Counted from the first letter of the stretch, positions 1-9,587 are shown. The stretch is DNA of 54,565 bases from Nanobdellota archaeon (GCA_042577505.1 JBHPEA010000002.1:1-54565); one strand, 5' to 3'. The notes: a model not told the origin generated them from the sequence alone. Made by a program: numbers and translations.

Positions 1-42
1 AAGAATTAATAATTGCAACAACTAGACCTGAGTTACTTCCTG
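1..42. repeat. Terminal inverted duplicate of 300-341 (fold-back at contig end, probably an artefact)
   Basis: Hand alignment shows 1-42 is the exact reverse complement of 300-341. The match breaks at 43/299. Confidence 0.9.
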
Positions 43-957
43 GTACTTTCCAGCAAGAGAAGTCATTTTACCATCTTCAGTAATTGCCATCCTTATTGGT
101 AAATTATGGGCTTTCTGCCACTCCATATCGGTCTGATCACCAAATGTACAACACATTACAATTCCTGTTCCTTTCTCAGGATCAGCCCTCTCATCAGGCA
201 TTATCGGAACTTCTAAATCAAACAAAGGAACCTTAGCTTTCTTTCCCTTATACTTCTGATATCTTTTATCATCTGGATGATAAAAAACTGCGACACAAGC
301 AGGAAGTAACTCAGGTCTAGTTGTTGCAATTATTAATTCTTCTTCTCCAACTTTAAACACAATATCGTTAAAGAATGAATTCAATGTTTGATCTTGACAT
401 TCTACTTGCGAAACTCCTGTTTGACATTGAGGACACCACATTGTTGGCGCTTCTTTTCGATATTCCCTTCCATTTTTATACAAATCGATAAAAGATCTTT
501 GACTAATTTTTTGACAATGATCATTAATGGATGTATAGAAAATTGACCAATCACAACTCATTCCAATCCTTTTCCAATCTGATATGTATTTAGGACGGAA
601 CTCTTTTTCAAGTGTTTCTAAACATAATTTAACAAATTCCTCACGAGGCATATCTCTTGCTCTCACTCCTTTCGTTTTCTCAACTAATCTTTCAGTAGCA
701 AGACCATTATCATCAGTACCAAAAGGACAAAAAACATTGAATCCTTTCATTCTCTTGTATCTTACAACAAAATCTTGCTGTGAAAATGAAAATGCATGAC
801 CAATATGCATCTTTCCAGAAACTGTAGGTGGAGGAGTATCTACTGAATAAACCTCATCCTTACTATTAGGATCAAAAGAAAATACATTTTCATCTTCCCA
901 ATACTTCTGCCACTTCGTTTCAGAAACTTGAGGATCATAATTTTTTGGTAGGTCCAT
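22..957 (-). CDS. valS: Valyl-tRNA synthetase, N-terminal part (partial; 3' side interrupted by the fold-back at about position 42)
   Basis: Carries the class I HIGH region TPPPTVSGKMHIGHAF, FGTDDNGLATE and ATTRPELLP, typical of archaeal ValRS. The apparent stop at 22 lies inside the inverted duplicate. Confidence 0.88.
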   Translation of the reverse strand: MDLPKNYDPQVSETKWQKYWEDENVFSFDPNSKDEVYSVDTPPPTVSGKMHIGHAFSFSQQDFVVRYKRMKGFNVFCPFGTDDNGLATERLVEKTKGVRARDMPREEFVKLCLETLEKEFRPKYISDWKRIGMSCDWSIFYTSINDHCQKISQRSFIDLYKNGREYRKEAPTMWCPQCQTGVSQVECQDQTLNSFFNDIVFKVGEEELIIATTRPELLPACVAVFYHPDDKRYQKYKGKKAKVPLFDLEVPIMPDERADPEKGTGIVMCCTFGDQTDMEWQKAHNLPIRMAITEDGKMTSLAGKYQEVTQV

Positions 958-991
958 TCGTCATTGAGACATCATTTAATTTTTAAATGTT

Positions 992-2239
992 GTGAATATA
1001 AGTGAAAAACTTAATAAGTCCAAAATATACCCTTCAAATATGCAACTTTGGACAGAAAAATACAAACCTAAAAAAGAAGAAGAAATAATTGGACAACAAG
1101 AACCTTTAGAAAAAATAAAAAGATTCATTACAAATTACAAAAAATCCAAAAAGAACGCAATTCTAATAACTGGACCCAATGGATCTGGAAAATCTATTAT
1201 ACCCAATATCGTAATTTCTAAACTTAATTGGGAACTTGTAGAAGTAAACTCGTCAGATTTTCGTGACAAAGAAAAAATTAATACAAAATTAAAATCTGCT
1301 CTCTATCAACAATCCTTATTTTCTCAGGGAAAATTAATATTCGTTGATGATGTCGATGCGACTTCAGCAAAAGATAGAGGATTTCTCCAAGCTCTTCAAA
1401 AACTCATTGAAGATTCAACATACCCTTTCATTTTAACTGCAACTGATATCTCAGATTTCAAATTTAACAGCATAAAAAAAGTCTCAAATATTATAGAACT
1501 TAATCCACTTTCCACAGACATAATCTCAGATAGATTAGAACATATTTGCAAAGAAGAAGGAGTTAATTGCAAAAAAGATTTACTAAAAAGAATTGCAAGA
1601 CGTTCTGGAAATGATTTAAGAGGTTCTATTAATGATCTCCAAAGTCTTTTCATTAAAGGAAAAGAGATCACCTTAGATGATATCGAAACCCTTTCAGAGA
1701 GAGAACATTCCGAAACTATCATCAACGCTTTGACCAAAATCTTCAAAACTACAGATCTTGATGTTGCAATTAAATCATTTGATTATGTAAGCGGAGATAT
1801 CAAGCAATATATGTTGTGGATAGATGAAAATTTACCAAAAGAATATGATTCTCAACCAGATATATCGAATGCCTACAATAATATTTCCAAAGCAGATATC
1901 TTTAATAGAAGGATCATGAATCGCCAATACTGGAGGTTCTTAGTTTACATTAATGCCTATCTAAGTGCAGGTATTGCTCTTTCAAAACAAAATAAATACA
2001 AAAAGATGACCATGTTTAGCCCCCCTGGAAGACTCTTAAAGATATTCTGGGCAAATCAGAGATCATTTAAAAAGAAATCAATTGGACAAAAGATATTCCT
2101 TCACGATTCATTAAAAGATTTTATCAAAAATGATTTTCCATATATAAATGAAGCTTGTAAAAATGATAAAAACCTAGCTAAAGCAATAGCAGAGCAATAT
2201 GAATTAGATAAAGATGAGCTAAACTACCTTTTAAAATAA
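992..2239 (+). CDS. rfcL: Replication factor C large subunit (clamp loader); likely true start is the ATG at 1040
   Basis: MQLWTEKYKPKK N-terminus, Walker A GPNGSGKS and an AAA+ layout. The 992 start is GTG; the in-frame ATG at 1040 gives the canonical RFC N-terminus. Confidence 0.85.
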   Translation: MNISEKLNKSKIYPSNMQLWTEKYKPKKEEEIIGQQEPLEKIKRFITNYKKSKKNAILITGPNGSGKSIIPNIVISKLNWELVEVNSSDFRDKEKINTKLKSALYQQSLFSQGKLIFVDDVDATSAKDRGFLQALQKLIEDSTYPFILTATDISDFKFNSIKKVSNIIELNPLSTDIISDRLEHICKEEGVNCKKDLLKRIARRSGNDLRGSINDLQSLFIKGKEITLDDIETLSEREHSETIINALTKIFKTTDLDVAIKSFDYVSGDIKQYMLWIDENLPKEYDSQPDISNAYNNISKADIFNRRIMNRQYWRFLVYINAYLSAGIALSKQNKYKKMTMFSPPGRLLKIFWANQRSFKKKSIGQKIFLHDSLKDFIKNDFPYINEACKNDKNLAKAIAEQYELDKDELNYLLK

Positions 2240-2329
2240 GAACTACTTCTCAATGGTTTACAAAATGTATATACCCCCTATATAGAATATGCGATAGATA
2301 TATATTAATTAAATAACACTATACTATTA

Positions 2330-2518
2330 GGGGGGTGAGGCACTGCAGACAAATATGCTTCACCACACCAATGATGCGAAAATCATTCGGAAAAACCACC
2401 ATATCATAACCTAAGATGTGAAAAACATCAAGCACGAAACCGTGAAATGTGGAATTGGTGAAGTAAAAATTACCCAAGAGGTGATGAAACTGTTTGCAGA
2501 AAAACCCCCTGTTTTCTT
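2330..2518 (+). ncRNA. Candidate structured non-coding RNA of unknown class (about 180 nt)
   Basis: No ORF, and visibly more G+C than the flanks. Nested helices are GGGGG 2331-2335/CCCCC 2505-2509, 2343-2351/2491-2499 (9 bp with one G-U that only works on the + strand) and 2358-2365/2456-2463. Three internal hairpins have A-rich/GNRA-like loops (2370-2387, 2415-2429, 2433-2444). An AT-rich TATA-like box at 2298-2307 sits about 23 nt upstream, and an oligo-T tract at 2512-2518 follows. Confidence 0.45.
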
Positions 2519-2567
2519 ACACTTCTGAACAACAAAATATTTATACTCTTTAGCATAAAAACCTATT

Positions 2568-3056
2568 ATGACAGCAGGTCTTTTCATCGGTAGGTTTCAG
2601 CCATTTCATAATGGGCATCTTGCTGATATTAAGCTAGCTCTAAAAGAAGTTGATCAACTAATCATTGGTATAGGATCATCGCAACATGAAAAAACTAAAG
2701 ATAATCCATTTTCTTTTGAAGAACGTGCCAGAATGATTGAAAACGTGCTAATCAAAGAAGAGATATCAAACTACACCATCTTCCCAATACCTGACTTCAA
2801 CAACGATAAAAAATGGGTAGAGCATCTAGAAGTCCTTCTTCCTAAATTCAAAATTATTTATTCAGGAAACGATCGTGTACTAAATATATTCAAACCAATA
2901 AAAAAATTCAAAACAAAGAGACTCGAACTAATTGATAATATTTCTTCAACTAAGATACGCAACTTTATCAAAGAAGGAAAACAATGGGAGAAATTAGTAC
3001 CAAAAGAGATTGTAGAATACATAAAAAAAATCGATGGAACAAAGAGAATAAAATAA
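2568..3056 (+). CDS. nadM: Nicotinamide-nucleotide adenylyltransferase (archaeal NMNAT)
   Basis: GRFQPFHNGHL nucleotidyltransferase motif, ISSTKIR near the C-terminus, and about 160 aa as in archaeal NMNATs. Confidence 0.85.
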   Translation: MTAGLFIGRFQPFHNGHLADIKLALKEVDQLIIGIGSSQHEKTKDNPFSFEERARMIENVLIKEEISNYTIFPIPDFNNDKKWVEHLEVLLPKFKIIYSGNDRVLNIFKPIKKFKTKRLELIDNISSTKIRNFIKEGKQWEKLVPKEIVEYIKKIDGTKRIK

Positions 3057-4145
3057 TCACTCAAACACTTTACTAAGTATACTTTTTTTATTGGTACTCT
3101 TTTGAAATTCCTTTAACATTTCTTTTTGATTTTTAGATAATTTCTCTGGCACTCCAATAATAACCTCTACCTTCTCATTTCCACGTCCATGACCTTGCAA
3201 GTAATGAATTCCTTTATCTTTCATATTAAAAACCGTATTAGATTGGGTTCCCGGAGGAATTTTCAATGTAGCACTTCCCTTTAATGTAGGAACATGAATT
3301 TCTCCACCAAGAGCAGCAGTAACAAAATCAAGAGGGACTTTTACATAAATATCATTTCCTTCCCTTCTAAAAACTTTATGAGGAATTTCGTGTAACACTA
3401 CAAACAAATCCCCATAATCCCCTCCTTTTTCACCAGCTTCTCCCTCTCCTCTTAACCGCAAATGCATTCCTTCTTCAGCACCTGCAGGAATATTAATCTC
3501 AATTTTTCTACTCTTCTTAACAACACCAGTTCCATCACACACAACACATTCTTTCTTGATATACTTCCCTTGTCCTTTACATTTAGAACAAGTTGTTGTT
3601 GATGCAAATAAACCAAAAGGTGTCCTCTGCTCTCTCCTTACAATCCCTTGTCCATTACATCTATCACATGTATCAACATCACTCTCAGATTCAGCACCAG
3701 ATCCACCACATTTAGAACATTTCTCTAATCGTGGAACAACAATGGATTTCTTATCACCAAATGCAGCGTCTTCTAATGATATTTCAAGATCGTACCTCAA
3801 ATCATTTCCGCGAGCAGGTCCTCTCCTTCTCCTAAAGCCCCCTCCACCTCCAAAGAATTGATCAAAGATATTCTCAAAATTAAAACCAGCACCCATGAAA
3901 TCTCTGAAATCAAATCCACTGAAAGGTTCTCCTTCTACAGTTCCAGTCTGATCATATCTACCTCTTTTTTCTTCGTCACCAAGAACTGCAGCAGCTTCAT
4001 TGATTTCTTTAAATTTTTCAGCACTACCACTATCCTTATTCAAATCAGGATGATATTTTTTCGCTAACCTCTTGTAGGCCTTCTTAATATCTTCCTTACT
4101 AGCATCCTTGTTAACACCAAGGATCTCGTAGTAGTCTTTACCCAT
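3057..4145 (-). CDS. dnaJ: Chaperone DnaJ (Hsp40)
   Basis: J domain with YYEILGV...HPD, a G/F-rich linker and four CxxCxGxG zinc-finger repeats. Confidence 0.97.
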   Translation of the reverse strand: MGKDYYEILGVNKDASKEDIKKAYKRLAKKYHPDLNKDSGSAEKFKEINEAAAVLGDEEKRGRYDQTGTVEGEPFSGFDFRDFMGAGFNFENIFDQFFGGGGGFRRRRGPARGNDLRYDLEISLEDAAFGDKKSIVVPRLEKCSKCGGSGAESESDVDTCDRCNGQGIVRREQRTPFGLFASTTTCSKCKGQGKYIKKECVVCDGTGVVKKSRKIEINIPAGAEEGMHLRLRGEGEAGEKGGDYGDLFVVLHEIPHKVFRREGNDIYVKVPLDFVTAALGGEIHVPTLKGSATLKIPPGTQSNTVFNMKDKGIHYLQGHGRGNEKVEVIIGVPEKLSKNQKEMLKEFQKSTNKKSILSKVFE

Positions 4146-4146
4146 C

Positions 4147-6039
4147 TTACTTTTTCTTGTCCTCGTCTACTTTGAAGTCAGCATCAACAACCTTTTCATC
4201 AGTTTTTTCCTTACCCTCTTTCTTCTCTTCAGGTTGAGCTTCTTTTGCTTTCTCCTTAGCAGCTTTTTGATAAAGTTCAGTAGATAATTTCTGCACAATT
4301 GTATTCACTTCATCAAGTTTCTTCTTAATTTTCTCAACATCTTTCTTTTCAGGCTTAAGAAGATCTTCTAATTCCATGATTTTTCCTTTGACTGTCTCTA
4401 ATTCTTTCTTGTCAACCTTTCCTTCAAAGTCCTTAAACATTTTCTTTGTTTGGTAGACTAGAGAATCTGCCATATTTATGACTTCGATTTCTTCTTTCTT
4501 TTTCTTATCTTCCTCAGCATGCGCTTCTGCTTCTTTTCTCATTCTCTCAACGTCTTCTTCTTTCAACTTCTGTGAAGCAGTAATCTTAATTGACTGTTCT
4601 TTTCCAGTCCCAAGATCTTTTGCATTTACGTGTACAATACCGTTCGCATCAATATCAAACGTAACTTCAACTTGCGGTATACCACGAGGGGCTGGAGGAA
4701 TTCCAATCAAATCAAATCTACCTAGACTTTTATTATCGGTCGCCATTGGCCTCTCTCCTTGAAGTACGTTAATTGTCACAGCAGTTTGATTATCTGCTGC
4801 TGTACTGAATATTTGACTCTTCTTAGAAGGAATTGTTGTATTCCTTTCAATTAAGGGTGTAGCAACTCCACCGAGAGTTTCAATACCTAGTGTAAGCGGT
4901 GTTACATCTAAAAGCAAGATGTCCTTAACCTCACCAGCTAAAACTCCGCCTTGGATAGCAGCTCCTTGAGAAACACATTCCATTGGATCGATTCCTCTTT
5001 CAGCTTTTTGACCAACAAAGTCTTCAACAAACTTTCTAACAATGGGCATCCTTGTAGGACCTCCAACTAGAATGATTTTACTCAAATCTTTAGGAGTTAA
5101 TTTAGCGTCCTTAATAGATTGTTCCAATGGTCCCTTACATTTCTTAACAATAGGTTCAATAAGAGATTCTAATTTACCTCTTGTAAATTTCATAGTAAGA
5201 TGTTTTGGTCCATCATCATTTGAAGCAATAAATGGAAGATTGATGTCAGTTTCCATCGTAGTTGACAATTCGATCTTGGCCTTTTCTCCAGCTTCTCTGA
5301 TTCTCTGCATTGCCATACTGTCTTTTTTCAAATCAATTCCTTCTTTACTTTTGAATTCTTCAACAATAGCATTAACGATTATCTCATCCATATCTGTTCC
5401 ACCAAGTTGTGTATCTCCAGATGTGGATTTAACCTCAAATACTCCCTCTCCAAATTCCATGATGGTACAATCCAATGTTCCACCGCCGAAATCAAACACA
5501 AGAATCTTGATATCTTGATCAGATTTATCAAGTCCATAAGCTAAAGAAGCGGCTGTTGGTTCATTAATTATTCTAACAACCTCTAAACCTGCAATAGTAC
5601 CAGCGTCCTTTGTGGCTTGACGTTGATTGTCATCAAAATAAGCAGGAACTGTAATTACAGCTTTACTAATTGGTTCACCAATAAACTCTTCAGCGTCCTT
5701 CTTGATCTTCTGAAGAATAAAAGCGGAAATTTGTTGGGGTGTGTACTCTTTATCATTAACCTTATAGGTCTCACTTGTCCCCATCTTTCTCTTCGCAGCC
5801 ATAATAGTCCTATCAGGATTAGATACTGCCTGTCTTCTTGCGGGTTCACCAACTAACATACTTCCTTCTTTTGTAAATGCAACTACACTAGGAAACGCTT
5901 TCCCATATTGTGTTGCTCCTTCTGCACTGGGAATAATAGTTGGTTTTCCTGCCTGTAATACAGACGCAGCTGAGTTTGATGTTCCTAGATCAATTCCGAT
6001 TATTTTTTCTTTTTTTGTCATTTTCTTCACCTCACCCAA
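4147..6039 (-). CDS. dnaK: Chaperone DnaK (Hsp70); probable start is the ATG at 6021, preceded by GGTGAGGTG
   Basis: [26 protein letters not shown] and a full-length Hsp70 layout. The track start at 6039 is TTG; the ATG at 6021 has a strong SD-like sequence. Confidence 0.98.
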   Translation of the reverse strand: MGEVKKMTKKEKIIGIDLGTSNSAASVLQAGKPTIIPSAEGATQYGKAFPSVVAFTKEGSMLVGEPARRQAVSNPDRTIMAAKRKMGTSETYKVNDKEYTPQQISAFILQKIKKDAEEFIGEPISKAVITVPAYFDDNQRQATKDAGTIAGLEVVRIINEPTAASLAYGLDKSDQDIKILVFDFGGGTLDCTIMEFGEGVFEVKSTSGDTQLGGTDMDEIIVNAIVEEFKSKEGIDLKKDSMAMQRIREAGEKAKIELSTTMETDINLPFIASNDDGPKHLTMKFTRGKLESLIEPIVKKCKGPLEQSIKDAKLTPKDLSKIILVGGPTRMPIVRKFVEDFVGQKAERGIDPMECVSQGAAIQGGVLAGEVKDILLLDVTPLTLGIETLGGVATPLIERNTTIPSKKSQIFSTAADNQTAVTINVLQGERPMATDNKSLGRFDLIGIPPAPRGIPQVEVTFDIDANGIVHVNAKDLGTGKEQSIKITASQKLKEEDVERMRKEAEAHAEEDKKKKEEIEVINMADSLVYQTKKMFKDFEGKVDKKELETVKGKIMELEDLLKPEKKDVEKIKKKLDEVNTIVQKLSTELYQKAAKEKAKEAQPEEKKEGKEKTDEKVVDADFKVDEDKKK

Positions 6040-6376
6040 AATAATTTGGTGTTTCTATTTTCTTCTCTTCAGTATTCTTCGATTTTTTCTCGAATTTTTC
6101 TAGTTGTTTAGGTTTCTCAATTTTACCGTACTCTTTCTCGTACTTCTTTATGATATCACCTAAGAGCATGTAAATTTTCTTTGCATGGTAAGGATCCGTC
6201 AAAATTACATTATGTTTTAAATTTATAGAAGCTTTCATCTTTGATCGAGGATCAATTCTTGGTGTCACACTCTTAAAATCAAAAACGAATTGCAACGGAT
6301 TAAAATTAATTGAAAGTTCGTGAGCAAAAAATGCATCGCCTTCAACAATATTCATATTTATTCTATCATCTGTCAT
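6032..6376 (-). CDS. DUF3467-like small protein
   Basis: The pattern [15 protein letters not shown]...P...(long strand)...HAKK....L...I..YE.EYG.I matches my memory of DUF3467. Its stop lies within the dnaK RBS. Confidence 0.55.
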   Translation of the reverse strand: MTDDRINMNIVEGDAFFAHELSINFNPLQFVFDFKSVTPRIDPRSKMKASINLKHNVILTDPYHAKKIYMLLGDIIKKYEKEYGKIEKPKQLEKFEKKSKNTEEKKIETPNYFG

Positions 6377-6686
6377 TTGAAACGCCTCCTAAAGCCTTTG
6401 ATCTTATTTCATCAACTCTCTCATGAGTTAGTACATGTTCACCTTTTTTCTTAGGCAATAATTCAACAACTTCTAACAATTTAGTCAATTTATTTACTTT
6501 AAATTTGTCATACTGTTTTATACACCCAATTGCCTCATACAATGTATACGAATCAGTTACTAAATCTACTTCTGAACTATTACAAATTATCAAAGTATCA
6601 GTCTTATCATCATCTGATATTAAAAACTTCAATATCGTTTCCGGTGACACAAACAATTTCTTCTTCATACCTTCCATTTTCATCAC
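6366..6686 (-). CDS. Hypothetical protein (106 aa) inside the Hsp70 operon
   Basis: The ORF overlaps both neighbours (4 nt upstream, 11 nt downstream) on the same strand. I recognise no motif. Confidence 0.4.
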   Translation of the reverse strand: MMKMEGMKKKLFVSPETILKFLISDDDKTDTLIICNSSEVDLVTDSYTLYEAIGCIKQYDKFKVNKLTKLLEVVELLPKKKGEHVLTHERVDEIRSKALGGVSNDR

Positions 6687-7129
6687 TTCAGTTTTTTTCC
6701 TCCTGATTTAAGGTAAATTTTGTATTGCTCTTTTGATAATGCACTTTTTTTATCGACAAGGTAATTTTCCATGAACCAAAGCATCAAATCCTCGCCATAA
6801 TCTTTACAACCCATTGCAAGTCTACATTGTAAAGGTTTTACATCATGAATTTTACACCCTTTATTCTCTCTAAAAAAAACACACTTTCCATATGGTTTCC
6901 CATTTCTCTTAATTTTCGGTCTTAAAAATATTCTTCCAAACTGCTCTGTTTTCTCTAAATATTTTTTTTCCAAATCCTCTTTTTTTATACCCAAAAACTT
7001 TGCGAGTTTTTCTTTATCTTCGCCAATCAATATCCCGCTTCCATATTTACAACCATGTTCACATGCAGTACAATTACAATCATGAATAAATTTTTGAACC
7101 TCTTTTAATGACATATCTTTCCTTATCAT
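6683..7129 (-). CDS. YkgJ/UPF0153-like cysteine-cluster (zinc/iron-chelating) protein
   Basis: N-terminal CNCTACEHGCKYG cluster plus C-terminal CVFF..GCKIHDVKPLQCR, the typical YkgJ-family pattern. It has 4-nt overlaps with grpE and the next gene. Confidence 0.6.
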   Translation of the reverse strand: MIRKDMSLKEVQKFIHDCNCTACEHGCKYGSGILIGEDKEKLAKFLGIKKEDLEKKYLEKTEQFGRIFLRPKIKRNGKPYGKCVFFRENKGCKIHDVKPLQCRLAMGCKDYGEDLMLWFMENYLVDKKSALSKEQYKIYLKSGGKKLK

Positions 7130-7581
7130 TTCTTGCTAACCTTGACTTTACTGTGTCTTATTACAACATCACCAATTTTGTATCCCTTTTGCAACTCATC
7201 TAACACAATATCATCCTCTTTGTCTGATTTTTCCTTGAGCATAACTTCATGAAAATAAGGATCCAATTTCTCCCCAACACATTCGATATGTTCTAATCCT
7301 TCTTTTTCCAAGATTGTCTTAAATTCTGAAAAAATCAACTCAACTCCTTTTACGAAGTTTTCACTTTCTTTATTTTGAATAGCAAGTTCAATTTGATCTA
7401 GTAAAGGCAACATTTTTCCAATCAACTCAATCTTTCCTTTCACAAGGTCGTTAGCTTTTTTACTATCTACCCACTTTTTGTAATTTTCAAAGTCAGCTTG
7501 AAGTCTTTGTAGCGACTCTGTCATATCATTTATACTCTGCTTCGGCTTCTTTCCTGATTCTTTTTGTTTTTTTGTTTCCAT
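7126..7581 (-). CDS. grpE: Nucleotide exchange factor GrpE
   Basis: LQRLQADFENYKKW, a C-terminal beta-domain ending YKIGDVVIRHSKV, and its position upstream of dnaK-dnaJ. Confidence 0.9.
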   Translation of the reverse strand: METKKQKESGKKPKQSINDMTESLQRLQADFENYKKWVDSKKANDLVKGKIELIGKMLPLLDQIELAIQNKESENFVKGVELIFSEFKTILEKEGLEHIECVGEKLDPYFHEVMLKEKSDKEDDIVLDELQKGYKIGDVVIRHSKVKVSKK

Positions 7582-7589
7582 TTTATTTG

Positions 7590-7604
7590 TTGACTTAAAG
7601 TCAA
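7590..7604. promoter_or_regulatory. Perfect 7-1-7 palindrome TTGACTT-A-AAGTCAA, candidate operator at the grpE transcription start
   Basis: Read directly from the sequence. It lies 8 nt upstream of the grpE ATG and about 23 nt downstream (minus-strand sense) of the TATA-like box at 7628-7637. Confidence 0.35.
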
Positions 7605-7627
7605 CGGAAACTTAGTTAAAGTAGACT

Positions 7628-7637
7628 TATATATAAA
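7628..7637. promoter_or_regulatory. TATA-like box (TATATATAAA) in the divergent grpE / wHTH intergenic region
   Basis: This is the only strong TATA element in the 80-bp spacer. It is about 25 nt from the ATG at 7662 (+) and about 23 nt from the palindrome (-). Confidence 0.4.
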
Positions 7638-7661
7638 GCTTTCGGATAAACTTTAAATAAT

Positions 7662-8084
7662 ATGAACCATGTTTTTCCCCTTATGGCACTACATAGACAT
7701 ATCTCATTAATTTACATCAAAAAGCCTGTCAGCCCTAATATAAACCACAAACTTCAATGGTTAGGTAGCTCACTTGGCTTATTCAACCTTAGAGATAGAG
7801 ATAAAAGTTGCTTTAGGATTTTCATCGAACTTATCAAAACATCCAAACATAATGAACCAATTTCAAGTGACGAGTTATCTTCTAGAGCCCATTTAACAAG
7901 GGGTACAGTTGTTCATCATCTCCATAAACTAATGGATTCCGGTATTGTAATTAAGGAGAGAAGAGGATACATATTAAGACAGGACGAACTAACTTCTATC
8001 GTTAATTTAATTGAAAAAGATTGTATAAAAATGTGTGAATCTCTAAAAGATGTTGCAAAAGAGATTGATGAAAGCTTATCGTAA
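7662..8084 (+). CDS. Winged helix-turn-helix transcriptional regulator (candidate regulator of the Hsp70 operon)
   Basis: ISSDELSSRAHLTRGTVVHHLHKLMDSGIVIKERRGY is a typical HTH plus wing segment. The gene is divergent from grpE. Confidence 0.55.
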   Translation: MNHVFPLMALHRHISLIYIKKPVSPNINHKLQWLGSSLGLFNLRDRDKSCFRIFIELIKTSKHNEPISSDELSSRAHLTRGTVVHHLHKLMDSGIVIKERRGYILRQDELTSIVNLIEKDCIKMCESLKDVAKEIDESLS

Positions 8085-8116
8085 TCTATATAAAGGAGTA
8101 ACTTGATGAAAGATCT

Positions 8117-8980
8117 ATGGTCTTCGAATTCCTTATTAGTCCTTCCAAAGCAGAGCGTCATCCTTGGGAGATGTTAGTTATTGGAGCTGTTTACGCAACT
8201 CTAGGATTATTTTTAGCTTACTGGATCTTCAGGGATTATTCCTCAATGGTTATGGTCTTTCTGATGGTTCTCGCATCCATCCAAATCATACATAGCGCCA
8301 TTGCAAAAGAAGAAGCAAAGGATATGAAGTTCAAAGATAAAAAACTCCTACTTAAATCTCATACAAAAACCTTGCTTTATTTTATGTTCCTCTTTTTAGG
8401 ATTCACATTCGCTCTTGCTTTTTGGAATATTGTACTTCCTGATCCAATGTCTGATACTTTATTTCAGGTCCAGAATGAAGCGATAAATATTGTCAACCAA
8501 AAATTCGTTGGAAATGTGGTCACTGGAAACGAACTTGCTGATATTTCTGTCACAGGGAATGCTATTTCCTCTGAAAAATTCTTAGGTATTATATTCTTCA
8601 ATAACTTAAAAGTGCTTTTCTTTGCATTACTTTTTTCATTCTTCTACGGTGCAGGTGCCATTTTCATTTTAGCATGGAACGCCTCAGTAATTGGTGCAGC
8701 TATGGGTAATTTAATTACTGCATTAATATCTGGTGGAGTATTTACTGCAATATTCTCGAGTTTTTTTAGATATTTTACGCATGGGATTTTCGAAATAGCG
8801 GCATACTTCACAGCTGCTCTCGCTGGAGGAATTATATCAATAGCAATAATAAGACATGATTATAAAAGTAAACGATTCAAAGAAGTTTTAGTAGATTCAC
8901 TAGACCTTACAATACTATCGCTACTTCTATTATTGATTGGTGCACTTGTAGAAGTTTATATTACTCCTTTACTATTTTGA
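8117..8980 (+). CDS. SpoIIM/DUF95-like integral membrane protein
   Basis: Multiple TM helices and FFNNLKV.F.....G..(G)AIFILAWNASVIG, resembling the stage II sporulation protein M family. Confidence 0.55.
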   Translation: MVFEFLISPSKAERHPWEMLVIGAVYATLGLFLAYWIFRDYSSMVMVFLMVLASIQIIHSAIAKEEAKDMKFKDKKLLLKSHTKTLLYFMFLFLGFTFALAFWNIVLPDPMSDTLFQVQNEAINIVNQKFVGNVVTGNELADISVTGNAISSEKFLGIIFFNNLKVLFFALLFSFFYGAGAIFILAWNASVIGAAMGNLITALISGGVFTAIFSSFFRYFTHGIFEIAAYFTAALAGGIISIAIIRHDYKSKRFKEVLVDSLDLTILSLLLLLIGALVEVYITPLLF

Positions 8981-9454
8981 GACTAATCCTCTTTGTGCCC
9001 TTCCTTTCTGAACAGCAACTCTCCTTAGAATGTAATCTCTCTTAATAACAGGATGCTCCCTATCTAAAAGGATAACTTCATACCAAGCATACTTTCCGTC
9101 CTTTAAGACAAAATAGCTATTTAGAACCTCACAATTGGGATATTTCCTAGAAACCCTTTCAGTTGCAACCATCTTTAAGTTCTTTGAAACAATTTTTTTC
9201 CTTCCAAATCTCTTTGGCCTTCTTCCATGCTTAATTTTCTCTTTTTGTCTTCCACCACGAGCAACCCTTTGCCTTACTAAAATTATTCCGGCCTTAGCCC
9301 TATAACCTAGTGACCTTGCTCTATCAAGTCTAGTAGGCCTTTTTATCCTTACTGTAGAAGCTCCTTTTCTCCATTCAATAAGTCTACTTTTTATTAACTC
9401 AGAACTCTGTTCAGGTGATTTCCAAATATCTCTTATATATTTATACAATGCCAT
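8972..9454 (-). CDS. rpl15e: Large-subunit ribosomal protein L15e (short form, 160 aa)
   Basis: MALYKYIRDIWKSP N-terminus, RLDRARSLGYRAKAG and a very basic composition. Confidence 0.9.
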   Translation of the reverse strand: MALYKYIRDIWKSPEQSSELIKSRLIEWRKGASTVRIKRPTRLDRARSLGYRAKAGIILVRQRVARGGRQKEKIKHGRRPKRFGRKKIVSKNLKMVATERVSRKYPNCEVLNSYFVLKDGKYAWYEVILLDREHPVIKRDYILRRVAVQKGRAQRGLVSK

Positions 9455-9587
9455 TTTAAGCCTCCATTTTACAATTTACTCTTCAGGTAAGCTACTACCC
9501 ACATCGAGTTAATCTATGGAGAAATCTGTCCTTTTTTAAATGTTATGAATCGAAAAGTATTTATTTCAGCTTCCGAATCATATTTAT

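Noticed and set aside
4478-5856. ORFs on the opposite strand, or in alternative frames, overlapping dnaK (4478-4762, 5042-5518, 5617-5856, 5655-5852). Similar shadow ORFs lie inside dnaJ, rad50, the atp genes, the Cys-rich gene and the SDR, DegT and neuB genes.
   Set aside because: Each lies entirely within a strongly supported conserved CDS. They have low-complexity Ser/Leu/Phe-rich translations typical of antisense frames in AT-rich DNA, and I recognise no motifs or independent signals.
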